Below, piece after piece: positions 1-7,948 of a DNA stretch of 64,000 nucleotides. Position numbers and translations under genes: made by a program. The DNA is from an uncultured Acidobacteriota bacterium. GTDB taxonomy: Bacteria; Acidobacteriota; Vicinamibacteria; Fen-336. A model generated the notes under the pieces. That model did not search any database and was not told the DNA's origin. It saw only the letters and a list, made by a program, of their open reading frames with translations. The stretch is taken from NCBI GenBank assembly GCA_963720545.1, contig OY970399.1:3232001-3296000 (forward strand), read 5' to 3'. Each line of letters starts with the position of its first letter. Positions within the stretch are counted from its first letter, which is position 1.

Positions 1-2
1 GC

Positions 3-785
3 GAGTTCCTGCACGAGGTACGCCGCCTCACCGAGGCCTCGGGCACGGCGCTGGTGTTCGACGAAGTGGTCACCGGCTTCCGCACGCATCCCGGCGGCGC
101 GCAGGCGATCTTCGGCATCAAGGCCGACATGGCGACCTACGGCAAGGTGATCGGCGGCGGCCTGCCGATCGGCCTGATCACCGGCCGCCGCGAATACATG
201 GACGCGCTCGACGGCGGCTCCTGGCAGTACGGCGACGATTCGATCCCGGAAGTCGGCGTGACCTTCTTCGCCGGCACCTTCGTTCGTCATCCGTTGGCTC
301 TGGCTGCGGCCAGGGCGGTGGTGGCGCACCTCGAGGAGGCTGGTCCCGAGCTGCAGCGCGGGCTGAACAAGAAGACCACTGCCTTCGCGGCGCGCCTCAA
401 CGACCACGCCGCGCAGGTCAACGCGCCGGTGCGCGCCATGCACTTCTCGTCGTGGATCTACGTCAACTTCCCGGCCGACGTGAGCCACTCGGGCCTGTTC
501 CACTTCCTGATGCGCGCGCGCGGCGTGCACGTGTGGGAGGGCCGCTGCTGGTTCCTGACCACCAGCCACACCGACGCCGACCTCGACTTCGTGTTCGAGG
601 CGTTCCGCGACACGATCGCCGAACTGCAGGCGGCGGAGTTCCTGCCGGGCGGAGTGAGCGAAGCGCCGCTCGCCGGCGCGCGCCGCGGCAAGGACGCCGC
701 CGGCCGCGACGCCTGGTTCGTTCCGGATCCGGACCGTCCGGGCAAGTACTTCCAGGTCGAGGAGGGTGCGGCCACCCCTAACTGA
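3..785 (+). CDS. C-terminal class III (GSA-type) PLP aminotransferase domain, 5'-truncated; probably the end of a PKS/NRPS hybrid (McyE/MycA-like AMT domain)
   Basis: Frame open from the window edge (EFLHEVRRLTEASGTALVFDEVVTGFR). Motifs DEVVTGFR, TYGKVIGGGLPIG (PLP Lys) and FAGTFVRHP. The extra C-terminal tail GARRGKDAAGRDAWFVPDPDRPGKYFQV resembles, from memory, PKS-AMT hybrids rather than HemL. Confidence 0.8.
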   Translation, partial: EFLHEVRRLTEASGTALVFDEVVTGFRTHPGGAQAIFGIKADMATYGKVIGGGLPIGLITGRREYMDALDGGSWQYGDDSIPEVGVTFFAGTFVRHPLALAAARAVVAHLEEAGPELQRGLNKKTTAFAARLNDHAAQVNAPVRAMHFSSWIYVNFPADVSHSGLFHFLMRARGVHVWEGRCWFLTTSHTDADLDFVFEAFRDTIAELQAAEFLPGGVSEAPLAGARRGKDAAGRDAWFVPDPDRPGKYFQVEEGAATPN

Positions 786-812
786 GCGCTGGCAAGAACA
801 CGGTTCGGCCGT

Positions 813-1673
813 TCACAACAGCTCGACCAACGGCAGGACGACTTGCATGACGCTCAACACGGCGCCGATCATTTTGCTTTTGAGGGACCAGCCGCTGGCA
901 GCCATCGAGGCGCAGTAGTCCTTCTTGAAGTTGGCCCAGTTGGCCTGGTTCGCGCCGTTGATCGATACCGTGATCGAAGGGCTGAGGATGCGCGCGGTGT
1001 GCCACCAGCCAGACGGTACGAACAGCGTCTCGCCCGCGTGGAGCTGGAAACGGATGCCCTGCGCCTTGTCGAAGAGCGGAAACTTCGCCAGGTCGGGCTG
1101 CATGCCGTCTCCCACCTGCGACTCGTTCCCGTACTTGCTGGTCGTGTTCGGATACACGAATGGCGTCTGATCCGGTGCGTACGCCACGTACTCCTTGTCG
1201 CCGAACACCTGCATCAGGAAGGCGTGCGTGTGGTAACCGTCGTAGTGCAGGACGTGGAACCTTGCACCCGGCCCGCCGATGAAGATCTCCTTGTAAGTCT
1301 GGTCGACTCGCGAAGGAAACAAGGCACTCGCCAACCAGTTGGGCTCGGTGCAGTCGGGCATCGGTGAAATGTCCTTGTGCAACTCCTTCGGCCACTCGGA
1401 GAGCTTCTGGTTGCGCAGATAAGGGGCTGGTTGGCTTGGGCTCGAGGCCATGACCTGGTCGATCAGGTCGTGAAGCGGCATTTCCTTGCCATCGACGCGC
1501 ACCTGCAGGTCGCCGTGGTTGACCTTGAAGAAATCCGGTGTCCAGCGGCCGAGCGCCGGCCAATGCCGGATCGCGTCGGTGATGATGACGGGCCGCAGTG
1601 GCAGCAGGTATTGGAGGATGAAGTCCTCATGGCGCATGCCGCTGCGCCGGTCAATCGCGTTGTCCACCAACAT
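813..1673 (-). CDS. JmjC/cupin-like Fe(II)/2OG oxygenase
   Basis: RPVIITDAIRHWPALGRWT N-terminus, HYD (HxD) and FVPSGWWH metal triad. AGGAG RBS upstream of the ATG at 1673. Confidence 0.85.
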   Translation of the reverse strand: MLVDNAIDRRSGMRHEDFILQYLLPLRPVIITDAIRHWPALGRWTPDFFKVNHGDLQVRVDGKEMPLHDLIDQVMASSPSQPAPYLRNQKLSEWPKELHKDISPMPDCTEPNWLASALFPSRVDQTYKEIFIGGPGARFHVLHYDGYHTHAFLMQVFGDKEYVAYAPDQTPFVYPNTTSKYGNESQVGDGMQPDLAKFPLFDKAQGIRFQLHAGETLFVPSGWWHTARILSPSITVSINGANQANWANFKKDYCASMAASGWSLKSKMIGAVLSVMQVVLPLVELL

Positions 1674-1712
1674 AGGTTCGTCTCCTGATCCGATCCGTCC
1701 GATCCTGATCCG

Positions 1713-2621
1713 TCAGCCGGTGTCGACACCCGCCAATGCCGGGCGCGCGGCGGCGTCGGCGTCGACGAAGCCGCGCATCCAATCGACGACTACGCTCGTG
1801 AGCCGGTCCGCTGCGTCGAGCGGAGCAAATGTGTGGTTCGTGCCACCGATGACCGCAACCTGCAACGCGGGGCCTGTCACCAGGCGCCGGGAGAGAAGCT
1901 TGCGGAAGTTATGGTACGACACGTCGTGTCTGGAGTACACGAGGAGAATGCGCCGCGTGCGGCAAGCTTCCTGAATGTCCCTGACCACGTCCTGCCAGGC
2001 CTGGTCTTCGACCAGGCGGTCCTGGCTGATGGGAGTTTCCATCCCCTCCGGTGGCGCCGGCGGCGCCGACCAGACGCTTGTCAGCCCCCTGACGATCAGG
2101 CCCGGATCGCGGAAGGCGCGGCTCCAGGTTCGCGCGTAGAACGCCCGCGCGACCTTGCGGCGCAGTTCGTAGGAAGGGCTGTCGGCCGAGTAGAGCTCGG
2201 CAAGGACGGCGCCGACGACCCGGGGTTCGACGCGCACGATCGCCAGGCCGTTGTCGGCGCCCGAGCAGATGCCGAAGAGGGCGAACTTGCGGATGCCGAG
2301 CCGTTCGTCCAGGAGTCGCATCGCCGCGCGCACTTCGCCGAGAACGCGCTCGCCGTGGCCGGCGTCCGTTGCCGCAAACTCGCTCTCACCGATCCCCGAG
2401 AGGTCGAAACGCAGGGACGCGAACCCGTGCTCGGCCAGGCTTCGCGCCAGCGTGACATGGCAGCGGTTCGGCCCGACGCGATGCACGATGCCGGCGTTCA
2501 GGAAGATCATGGCGACGTCGCGGCAAGGTTGGCCCGGCTCGAGGAGGATCCCCGACAGGGCGTGCCGGTCGCCGAACGCCACGGGCGTTTCCCGGATCAC
2601 GTCGCGTCGGCGCTCAGCCAT
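1713..2621 (-). CDS. Alpha/beta-hydrolase-fold protein (resembles exosortase/EPS-associated hydrolase 1, TIGR03100-like), GICSG elbow
   Basis: HRVGPNR, LRFDLSGIGES, FGICSGADNG, C-terminal NHTF. Confidence 0.8.
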   Translation of the reverse strand: MAERRRDVIRETPVAFGDRHALSGILLEPGQPCRDVAMIFLNAGIVHRVGPNRCHVTLARSLAEHGFASLRFDLSGIGESEFAATDAGHGERVLGEVRAAMRLLDERLGIRKFALFGICSGADNGLAIVRVEPRVVGAVLAELYSADSPSYELRRKVARAFYARTWSRAFRDPGLIVRGLTSVWSAPPAPPEGMETPISQDRLVEDQAWQDVVRDIQEACRTRRILLVYSRHDVSYHNFRKLLSRRLVTGPALQVAVIGGTNHTFAPLDAADRLTSVVVDWMRGFVDADAAARPALAGVDTG

Positions 2622-3397
2622 TTGACGATCTGCGTGAGGGTGACGGCAGGCACCACGCCCTGGACCGGGTCTTCATCGTCCTTCCAGACCGACACCGGGC
2701 AGGTCGCTTCCTCGACCACCGCGGCGAGCTTTGCCCCCCTGACCGTGGCTGCTCCCGCCGTCGCCGCGCGCGTGTCCGCGTCGATGACCAGCGCGCGTTC
2801 GGCAAGGCGGCGATCGAACGTCTGCAGGGTGAAACCGGCGATCGACTGCCGCATGGCGACCCCGAGGGAAAGGCCGAACATATCCCAGGTTGGGTCCTGC
2901 GGACGCGCGGCGCGCGAAGTGACCCATGGCCGATGGTCGATCCAGGCCTGATGCGTGGCCCAGAGCTCGTCGAGATAGGCCGAACCGTCCCAGACGGGTT
3001 CCCACAGCACCAGGCTTCGCACGTCGCGGCGGGCTCGCGCCGCGAGGCACCCGATGGCCGTGCCCAGGCGCATGCCGACGATCGCCAACCGGGAGACTCC
3101 ACTTTCCTTCTTCAGGATGTCGAGCGCGGCCTGCGTGTCCGACACCCAGTTCTCCAGGCTCGCGTCGGCAAGCGCGCCGGCCGAGTCGCCGGTGCCGCGA
3201 TAGTCGAACCGCAGCACGTGGCAGCCTGCCCGCGCCAACTGCAAACCGAGCCGCCGCAGCGCCCGGTGCGCGCGAAGGTACTCGGCTCCAAAAGGCTGGC
3301 AGACCACGATGCCGAGATCGCGGTCCGCTGAAGACAGGGGCGGCTGGTGAACGCCGAACAGGCGCCCGTCCGCCGGCCCGAAATGGAAGGTTTTCAT
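2597..3397 (-). CDS. Alpha/beta-hydrolase-fold protein (resembles exosortase/EPS-associated hydrolase 2, TIGR03101-like), GMRLG elbow
   Basis: PFGAEY, LRFDYRGTGDSAG, VGMRLG, LVLWEPV. The ATG at 3397 overlaps the NRPS stop (ATGA). Confidence 0.8.
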   Translation of the reverse strand: MKTFHFGPADGRLFGVHQPPLSSADRDLGIVVCQPFGAEYLRAHRALRRLGLQLARAGCHVLRFDYRGTGDSAGALADASLENWVSDTQAALDILKKESGVSRLAIVGMRLGTAIGCLAARARRDVRSLVLWEPVWDGSAYLDELWATHQAWIDHRPWVTSRAARPQDPTWDMFGLSLGVAMRQSIAGFTLQTFDRRLAERALVIDADTRAATAGAATVRGAKLAAVVEEATCPVSVWKDDEDPVQGVVPAVTLTQIVKWLSADAT

Positions 3398-6300
3398 CCC
3401 GATCGGCTGCGCCGGAGGAGTCGGTCGAGAAAACCGCCGCCATCGGCCGGCGCGTTCGCGGGGGGCTTTGAAACCACCTTGGGCTCGGCCACACCAACGG
3501 TCTGCAGGGAGGCGGCGATCTGCCCCAACGTCTGGAAGATGAGGTCGCGGGTGTGAAGCTTCACGCCGGTGAGCGCGTGGATGCGTTGGGCAGCGTTGAT
3601 GGCCAGGAGGGAGTGGCCGCCCAGGTCGAAGAAATTGTCCTCCGGCCCGACAGTCTCCACTTCGAGGAGTTCGCTCCACACGCCACCGACCAGCCGTTCG
3701 GCGTCGGTGCGCAGCGGCGCCGGCGGCACGCGGCCGCCCGCATGGACGGCGTCGGGCGCGGGCAGTTGCGCCTTGTCGATCTTGCCGTTGGGGGTCAGGG
3801 GCAGCCTGGGAAGAACCACGATCGAGGCGGGCACCATGTACTCGGGGAGCTGCGCGCGCAGCAGCTTGCGCAACTCGTCGATGCCGCCGCGCGATTCGTC
3901 GGCGGCCACATAGGCGACGAGACGCTTGTCGCCAGGCCGATCCTCGCGCACCATGACCGCCGCTTCGCGGATGCCCGGTTGCTGGCCGAGGACCGCCTCG
4001 ATCTCGCCCGGCTCGATGCGGAATCCGCGGATCTTCACCTGCTGGTCGATGCGGCCGAGGTATTCGAGATCGCCGCTCTCGAGGCGCCGGGCAAGGTCTC
4101 CCGAACGGTACAGGCGCCCGGAGCCGGCGAACGTGTCGGGGACGAAGCGCTGCGCCGTGAGCTCCGGCCTGTTCAGGTACCCCGCCGCGACGCCAGCTCC
4201 GCCGACGACGATCTCGCCCGGGACACCCTGCGGCACGGGCTCGCCATCGCCGTCGAGAAGGTAGACACGCAAGTCGGGGATCGGTTCGCCGATGACGCTG
4301 CCGGCGCCCGACTCGAGGTCGGCCAGCCTGATGGGTCGATAGGTCACGTGCACGGTTGTTTCGGTGATCCCGTACATGTTCACCAGGAGCGGCCGGTCCT
4401 CACCGTGCCGCTCGAACCAGGGACGCAGGCTCTGCAGCTCCAGCGCCTCGCCGCCGAAGATGACGTAGCGCAGCTTCAAGGGTGTCACCGTCTCGCTGCC
4501 GAGGTCGGCCTGGATGAGCTGTCGGAACGCCGATGGTGTCTGGTTCAGGACGGTGACACCCTCCGCTGCGAGCAGCTCCAGGAACGACTCCGGCGCACGG
4601 CTGACCCACTGCGGAACGATCACGACGCGTCCGCCGTAGAGCAGCGCGCCCCACAATTCCCATACGGAAAAGTCGAAGGCGTACGAGTGAAACAGCGTCC
4701 AGACGTCGTCCGCGTCGAAGTGAAACCAGTCGTTCGTCGCTTCCAACAGCCGGGCGACGTTGTGGTGGGTGACCCTGACGCCCTTGGGCTTGCCGGTGGA
4801 TCCCGACGTGTAGATGACGTACGCCAGGTCGTCGGGAGCCGAACCGGACGCCGGGATGTCGTCAGCGGCCTCGATCTCGTCGATGAGCGCCACCGTCACC
4901 GTGGCGCCTGCGAAATCATCGGCCAGGGCACGCTCCGTCACGGCTACACGGACGCCGGCGTCCTCGAGCATGAACGTGATCCGGTCGCGCGGATAGGCGG
5001 GATCCATGGGCAGGTATGCGCCACCCGCCTTGAGGATGCCGAGGATGCCGACGGCGACGGACAACGAACGCTCGGTGCGCAAGGCAACCAGGTGGTTGCG
5101 CTCGACGCCCATCTCCCGGAGCCGGGCAGCGAGTCCGTTCGCGCGCCGGTTCAACTCCGCGTAGGTCATGCTGTCGCCGTCGCACGTGGCGGCGACCGCC
5201 GTGGGGCGTGCCCGCGCAACAGCTTCGAACCGTTCATGGAGGCTGCGGCCAGGCGGGGAAGCCACTCGCGGGTTGAAGCGGCCCAGGACATCGGTGCGCT
5301 CGTTCGACGTGAGCAGGCTCAAGGAAGAGTTGACGGCGTCGGGGTTCGCGACGATCGACCGGAGCAGCGTCTCGTAGTGCGCGAGCCAGCGCTTGATGGC
5401 CGCGCCGGTGAACAGGTCGGAGTTGTACGCGCATTCGACGAGCGCGTCCTTGCCGCTGTCCACGACGTTCACCGCGAGCTCGAAGTTCGTGTAGGCCTTC
5501 GGCACCGTCAGTGACGCGATCGCGACGTCCTCGAAGTCGAACGGGGCGCCGATCTTGTCGATGTTGAAGGTGACGGCCACCAGCGGCGTGCGGCTCGCAT
5601 CGCGCGGGATTCTCAGGCGGCGGACCAGGCTGCCGAACGTCAGGTGCGGATGTTCCTGCGCATCCGCCAGGGCCAGGCGAACCGCGCGCAGGTGGGCGAG
5701 GAAAGGCTGGGTTGGATCGACGCGGACGCGCAGCGGCAGCGTGTGGACACAGTGCCCGACGAGCCGCGAGTCGTCGAGAAAGGCCTGGCCGGCGAGCGGG
5801 ATTCCAACGACGAAGTCGTTCTGCCGGGAAAGACGATGGACCAGGAGCTCGAAGGCGGCGAGCAGCGTCGCGAACAGCGTTGCGCCGGCCTTGGCGCCCG
5901 CGCCCTTCAGCGCCGCGTAGAGCTGCGGGTCGATGCGGTGCGTTTCCTGGGCGCCACGGAACGTCTTGGCCTCGGGTCGCGCCCGTGACAGCGGCAGGTC
6001 CAGCACGGGCGCGCCGTCCGCGAATTGGGCCGCCCAGTAGTCCTCGTCGGCCTTCCGGCCTGCGGCGGCGGACGCACCCGCCTGTTCGGTGACGTAGGCC
6101 GCATAGGAGGGCGCTGGCGGCAGTTGCGCGTCGATGCCGGAGCGATCGGCCGCGTAACAGCGGGCGAGATCGCTGAACAGCACGCTCGACGACCAGCCGT
6201 CGCACACGATGTGGTGAACCGTCAGCACGAAGCGGTTGCTGCGTTCGCCCTCGCGGACGACGAGAGCCCGAATCAGCGGGCCGCGCTCGAGGTCGAAGGA

Positions 6301-6681
6301 CGTTTCGCACTCGCGTTCCACGAGGGAATCGATCTCTCGCGCGCGTGCCTCGGTATCGAGCCCCGACATGTCGAGGACCGGCATCTCGACCGAAAACGCC
6401 GGCCGGAGCGTCTGGCCCGAGCCGTCCGCGGAGAGGACGGCTCGCAGCGCGGCGTGACGGGAGACGACCTGTGCGAGGGCCGCGCGCAGGGACTCGGTGC
6501 GCAATTCGCCCTCGAGGGTGAACACGAAGCACTGGTTGTACGAGCGGTTGGCGTCCTCGTCCATCGCCGCCGCGGTCCACATTTCGGCCTGCGGCTCGGT
6601 GAGTGGCAAGGTGTCTGGCTGGCTCTGCGGCGCAAACGGGTCGAAATCGACCGGTACGAGGTTGTGGCCGGTGTCAGTCAT
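3394..6681 (-). CDS. Single-module NRPS (C-A-PCP), no thioesterase; A domain predicted to activate L-Thr
   Basis: C domain HHIVCDGWS. A domain YTSGSTGKPKG, FDFSVWE, NQTPS, IFGGE, NMYGITETTVH, YRSGDL, NGKID; the specificity residues read DFWNIGMVHK (Thr code). PCP FFDLGGHSL. Confidence 0.95.
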   Translation of the reverse strand: MTDTGHNLVPVDFDPFAPQSQPDTLPLTEPQAEMWTAAAMDEDANRSYNQCFVFTLEGELRTESLRAALAQVVSRHAALRAVLSADGSGQTLRPAFSVEMPVLDMSGLDTEARAREIDSLVERECETSFDLERGPLIRALVVREGERSNRFVLTVHHIVCDGWSSSVLFSDLARCYAADRSGIDAQLPPAPSYAAYVTEQAGASAAAGRKADEDYWAAQFADGAPVLDLPLSRARPEAKTFRGAQETHRIDPQLYAALKGAGAKAGATLFATLLAAFELLVHRLSRQNDFVVGIPLAGQAFLDDSRLVGHCVHTLPLRVRVDPTQPFLAHLRAVRLALADAQEHPHLTFGSLVRRLRIPRDASRTPLVAVTFNIDKIGAPFDFEDVAIASLTVPKAYTNFELAVNVVDSGKDALVECAYNSDLFTGAAIKRWLAHYETLLRSIVANPDAVNSSLSLLTSNERTDVLGRFNPRVASPPGRSLHERFEAVARARPTAVAATCDGDSMTYAELNRRANGLAARLREMGVERNHLVALRTERSLSVAVGILGILKAGGAYLPMDPAYPRDRITFMLEDAGVRVAVTERALADDFAGATVTVALIDEIEAADDIPASGSAPDDLAYVIYTSGSTGKPKGVRVTHHNVARLLEATNDWFHFDADDVWTLFHSYAFDFSVWELWGALLYGGRVVIVPQWVSRAPESFLELLAAEGVTVLNQTPSAFRQLIQADLGSETVTPLKLRYVIFGGEALELQSLRPWFERHGEDRPLLVNMYGITETTVHVTYRPIRLADLESGAGSVIGEPIPDLRVYLLDGDGEPVPQGVPGEIVVGGAGVAAGYLNRPELTAQRFVPDTFAGSGRLYRSGDLARRLESGDLEYLGRIDQQVKIRGFRIEPGEIEAVLGQQPGIREAAVMVREDRPGDKRLVAYVAADESRGGIDELRKLLRAQLPEYMVPASIVVLPRLPLTPNGKIDKAQLPAPDAVHAGGRVPPAPLRTDAERLVGGVWSELLEVETVGPEDNFFDLGGHSLLAINAAQRIHALTGVKLHTRDLIFQTLGQIAASLQTVGVAEPKVVSKPPANAPADGGGFLDRLLRRSRSG

Positions 6682-6914
6682 TGAAGATCAGACGTCTCCT
6701 GGCGGGATGACGTGGGCGCCCTTTGCACCACACGAACGAACGCGATCCCATGAGCCGATCCCGCTAAGAGGGGCAGGATCATCCAAGCGTGCCAAATGCT
6801 TCTTGTCCGTGATGTTAGCAGGTTTCATCAGGGGCGCCGTGGTGAAGCCCGTCACGGATGCGTAGCGCATCACAATCGATTCAGTGGGGCGATCAGAGGG
6901 CTATCCCGGCTGCT

Positions 6915-7880
6915 TCATTCCGCGCGTTCGAGCCAGATTTCCCGCCAATACATCAGCTCGCCGCGCGGGCAGTCGCCCAGTTCGTCCTCGCAAAGACAGT
7001 CCCAGTCGTTCAGCTTCTTCGTCCCGGTGCGGACGTTGCGCAACAGGACTGTATCGCGCATTTCCCGCATTTCGCCGGTCGTCTCGTTGATGATCCGGTC
7101 AACCCGCTCCCTGACCTCGGCGCGCGCCCCGCAGTACCTGGTCATTTCGCGGCAGATGCCCATGCCCCGGTTGCTCCGCTTCTGATTCAGGGTCGCTGTG
7201 ATCTCGGCGCGGCTCTTGATTCGGACCGGGTCTCCGGTGATCAGGCCGAGCGAATGGCTCGGCGTGTTCTTGTTGGGTCCGCGGAGCACCCGCTTGCCGT
7301 TCATCGCGCGCTGCAAGCGCAGCGACGACCAGGTGAACAGCACCTTCAGCATCTCCACCAACGAACGATCGCCGTTGAGGATTTCCCGAAGAGCTACGCG
7401 CAACATCCACGGGCTCTTTTTCCCGGGGAAAGCTTCCGTGGCATTCAGCAGCTGGGTGGACTGACAGAAATAGCGCCTCTCATCCGTCCTGGTCTTCAGG
7501 CGAGCGCGCAACGCTTCGGTTCCGGGTTCGGACGCGGGTGTCGGCGTTTCGCCCGCACCGAGCGGCCGCAACCACGCTTCCTTCCAGAAGATCTTGCAGG
7601 CGCGCTTGCAACCATCGTGGCCGCTGCCGTCGCACCGTGACCCCGTCAGGACGACCACGTCGTTCGCGGCAAAACGCCGGTTGGGATATTCGGGAGGCGC
7701 GACCGCCACGCACGTCTTCTCCACCCGATGCTCGACGCGCAGGGGCTTGCCGCACCAATCGAGCATTTCAGGCATGAAGGGCAGGCCGTCCAGGGTGCCG
7801 TCGGCATCCAGGGTCTTCAGGATCTCCTCGGGAGAGCGAACCACCACTGGGTCCCCTGCGCGGAGTCTGTTGCGTTTCAT
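6915..7880 (-). CDS. Uncharacterised Cys-rich protein with an internal two-fold domain duplication
   Basis: GDPVVVRSPEEILKTL..EM..WCG..RV..C..C..FWKEAWL is repeated as GDPVRIKSRAEITATL..EM..YCG..RV..C..C..YWREIWL. Confidence 0.8.
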   Translation of the reverse strand: MKRNRLRAGDPVVVRSPEEILKTLDADGTLDGLPFMPEMLDWCGKPLRVEHRVEKTCVAVAPPEYPNRRFAANDVVVLTGSRCDGSGHDGCKRACKIFWKEAWLRPLGAGETPTPASEPGTEALRARLKTRTDERRYFCQSTQLLNATEAFPGKKSPWMLRVALREILNGDRSLVEMLKVLFTWSSLRLQRAMNGKRVLRGPNKNTPSHSLGLITGDPVRIKSRAEITATLNQKRSNRGMGICREMTRYCGARAEVRERVDRIINETTGEMREMRDTVLLRNVRTGTKKLNDWDCLCEDELGDCPRGELMYWREIWLERAE

Positions 7881-7948
7881 GATGATCCTCGTCCGTCTTC
7901 CCGCAGCGTCGTCGTGGTGCTCGCAGGCGAGCTACAGTCGGAGGGGGC

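Noticed and set aside
1684..1712. GATCC micro-repeats between the hydrolase and JmjC genes
   Set aside because: Short and imperfect, and overlapping the RBS region; too little evidence for phase variation or a repeat family.
6780..6796. Sigma54-like TGGCACG on the minus strand upstream of the NRPS (also at ~11630 on plus)
   Set aside because: The -24 element is present but the required -12 GC is absent at the correct spacing in both cases.
6688..6873. 61-aa ORF upstream of the NRPS as an MbtH-like protein or RiPP precursor
   Set aside because: No MbtH Trp pattern, atypical codon usage and no clear RBS; more likely promoter/UTR sequence.
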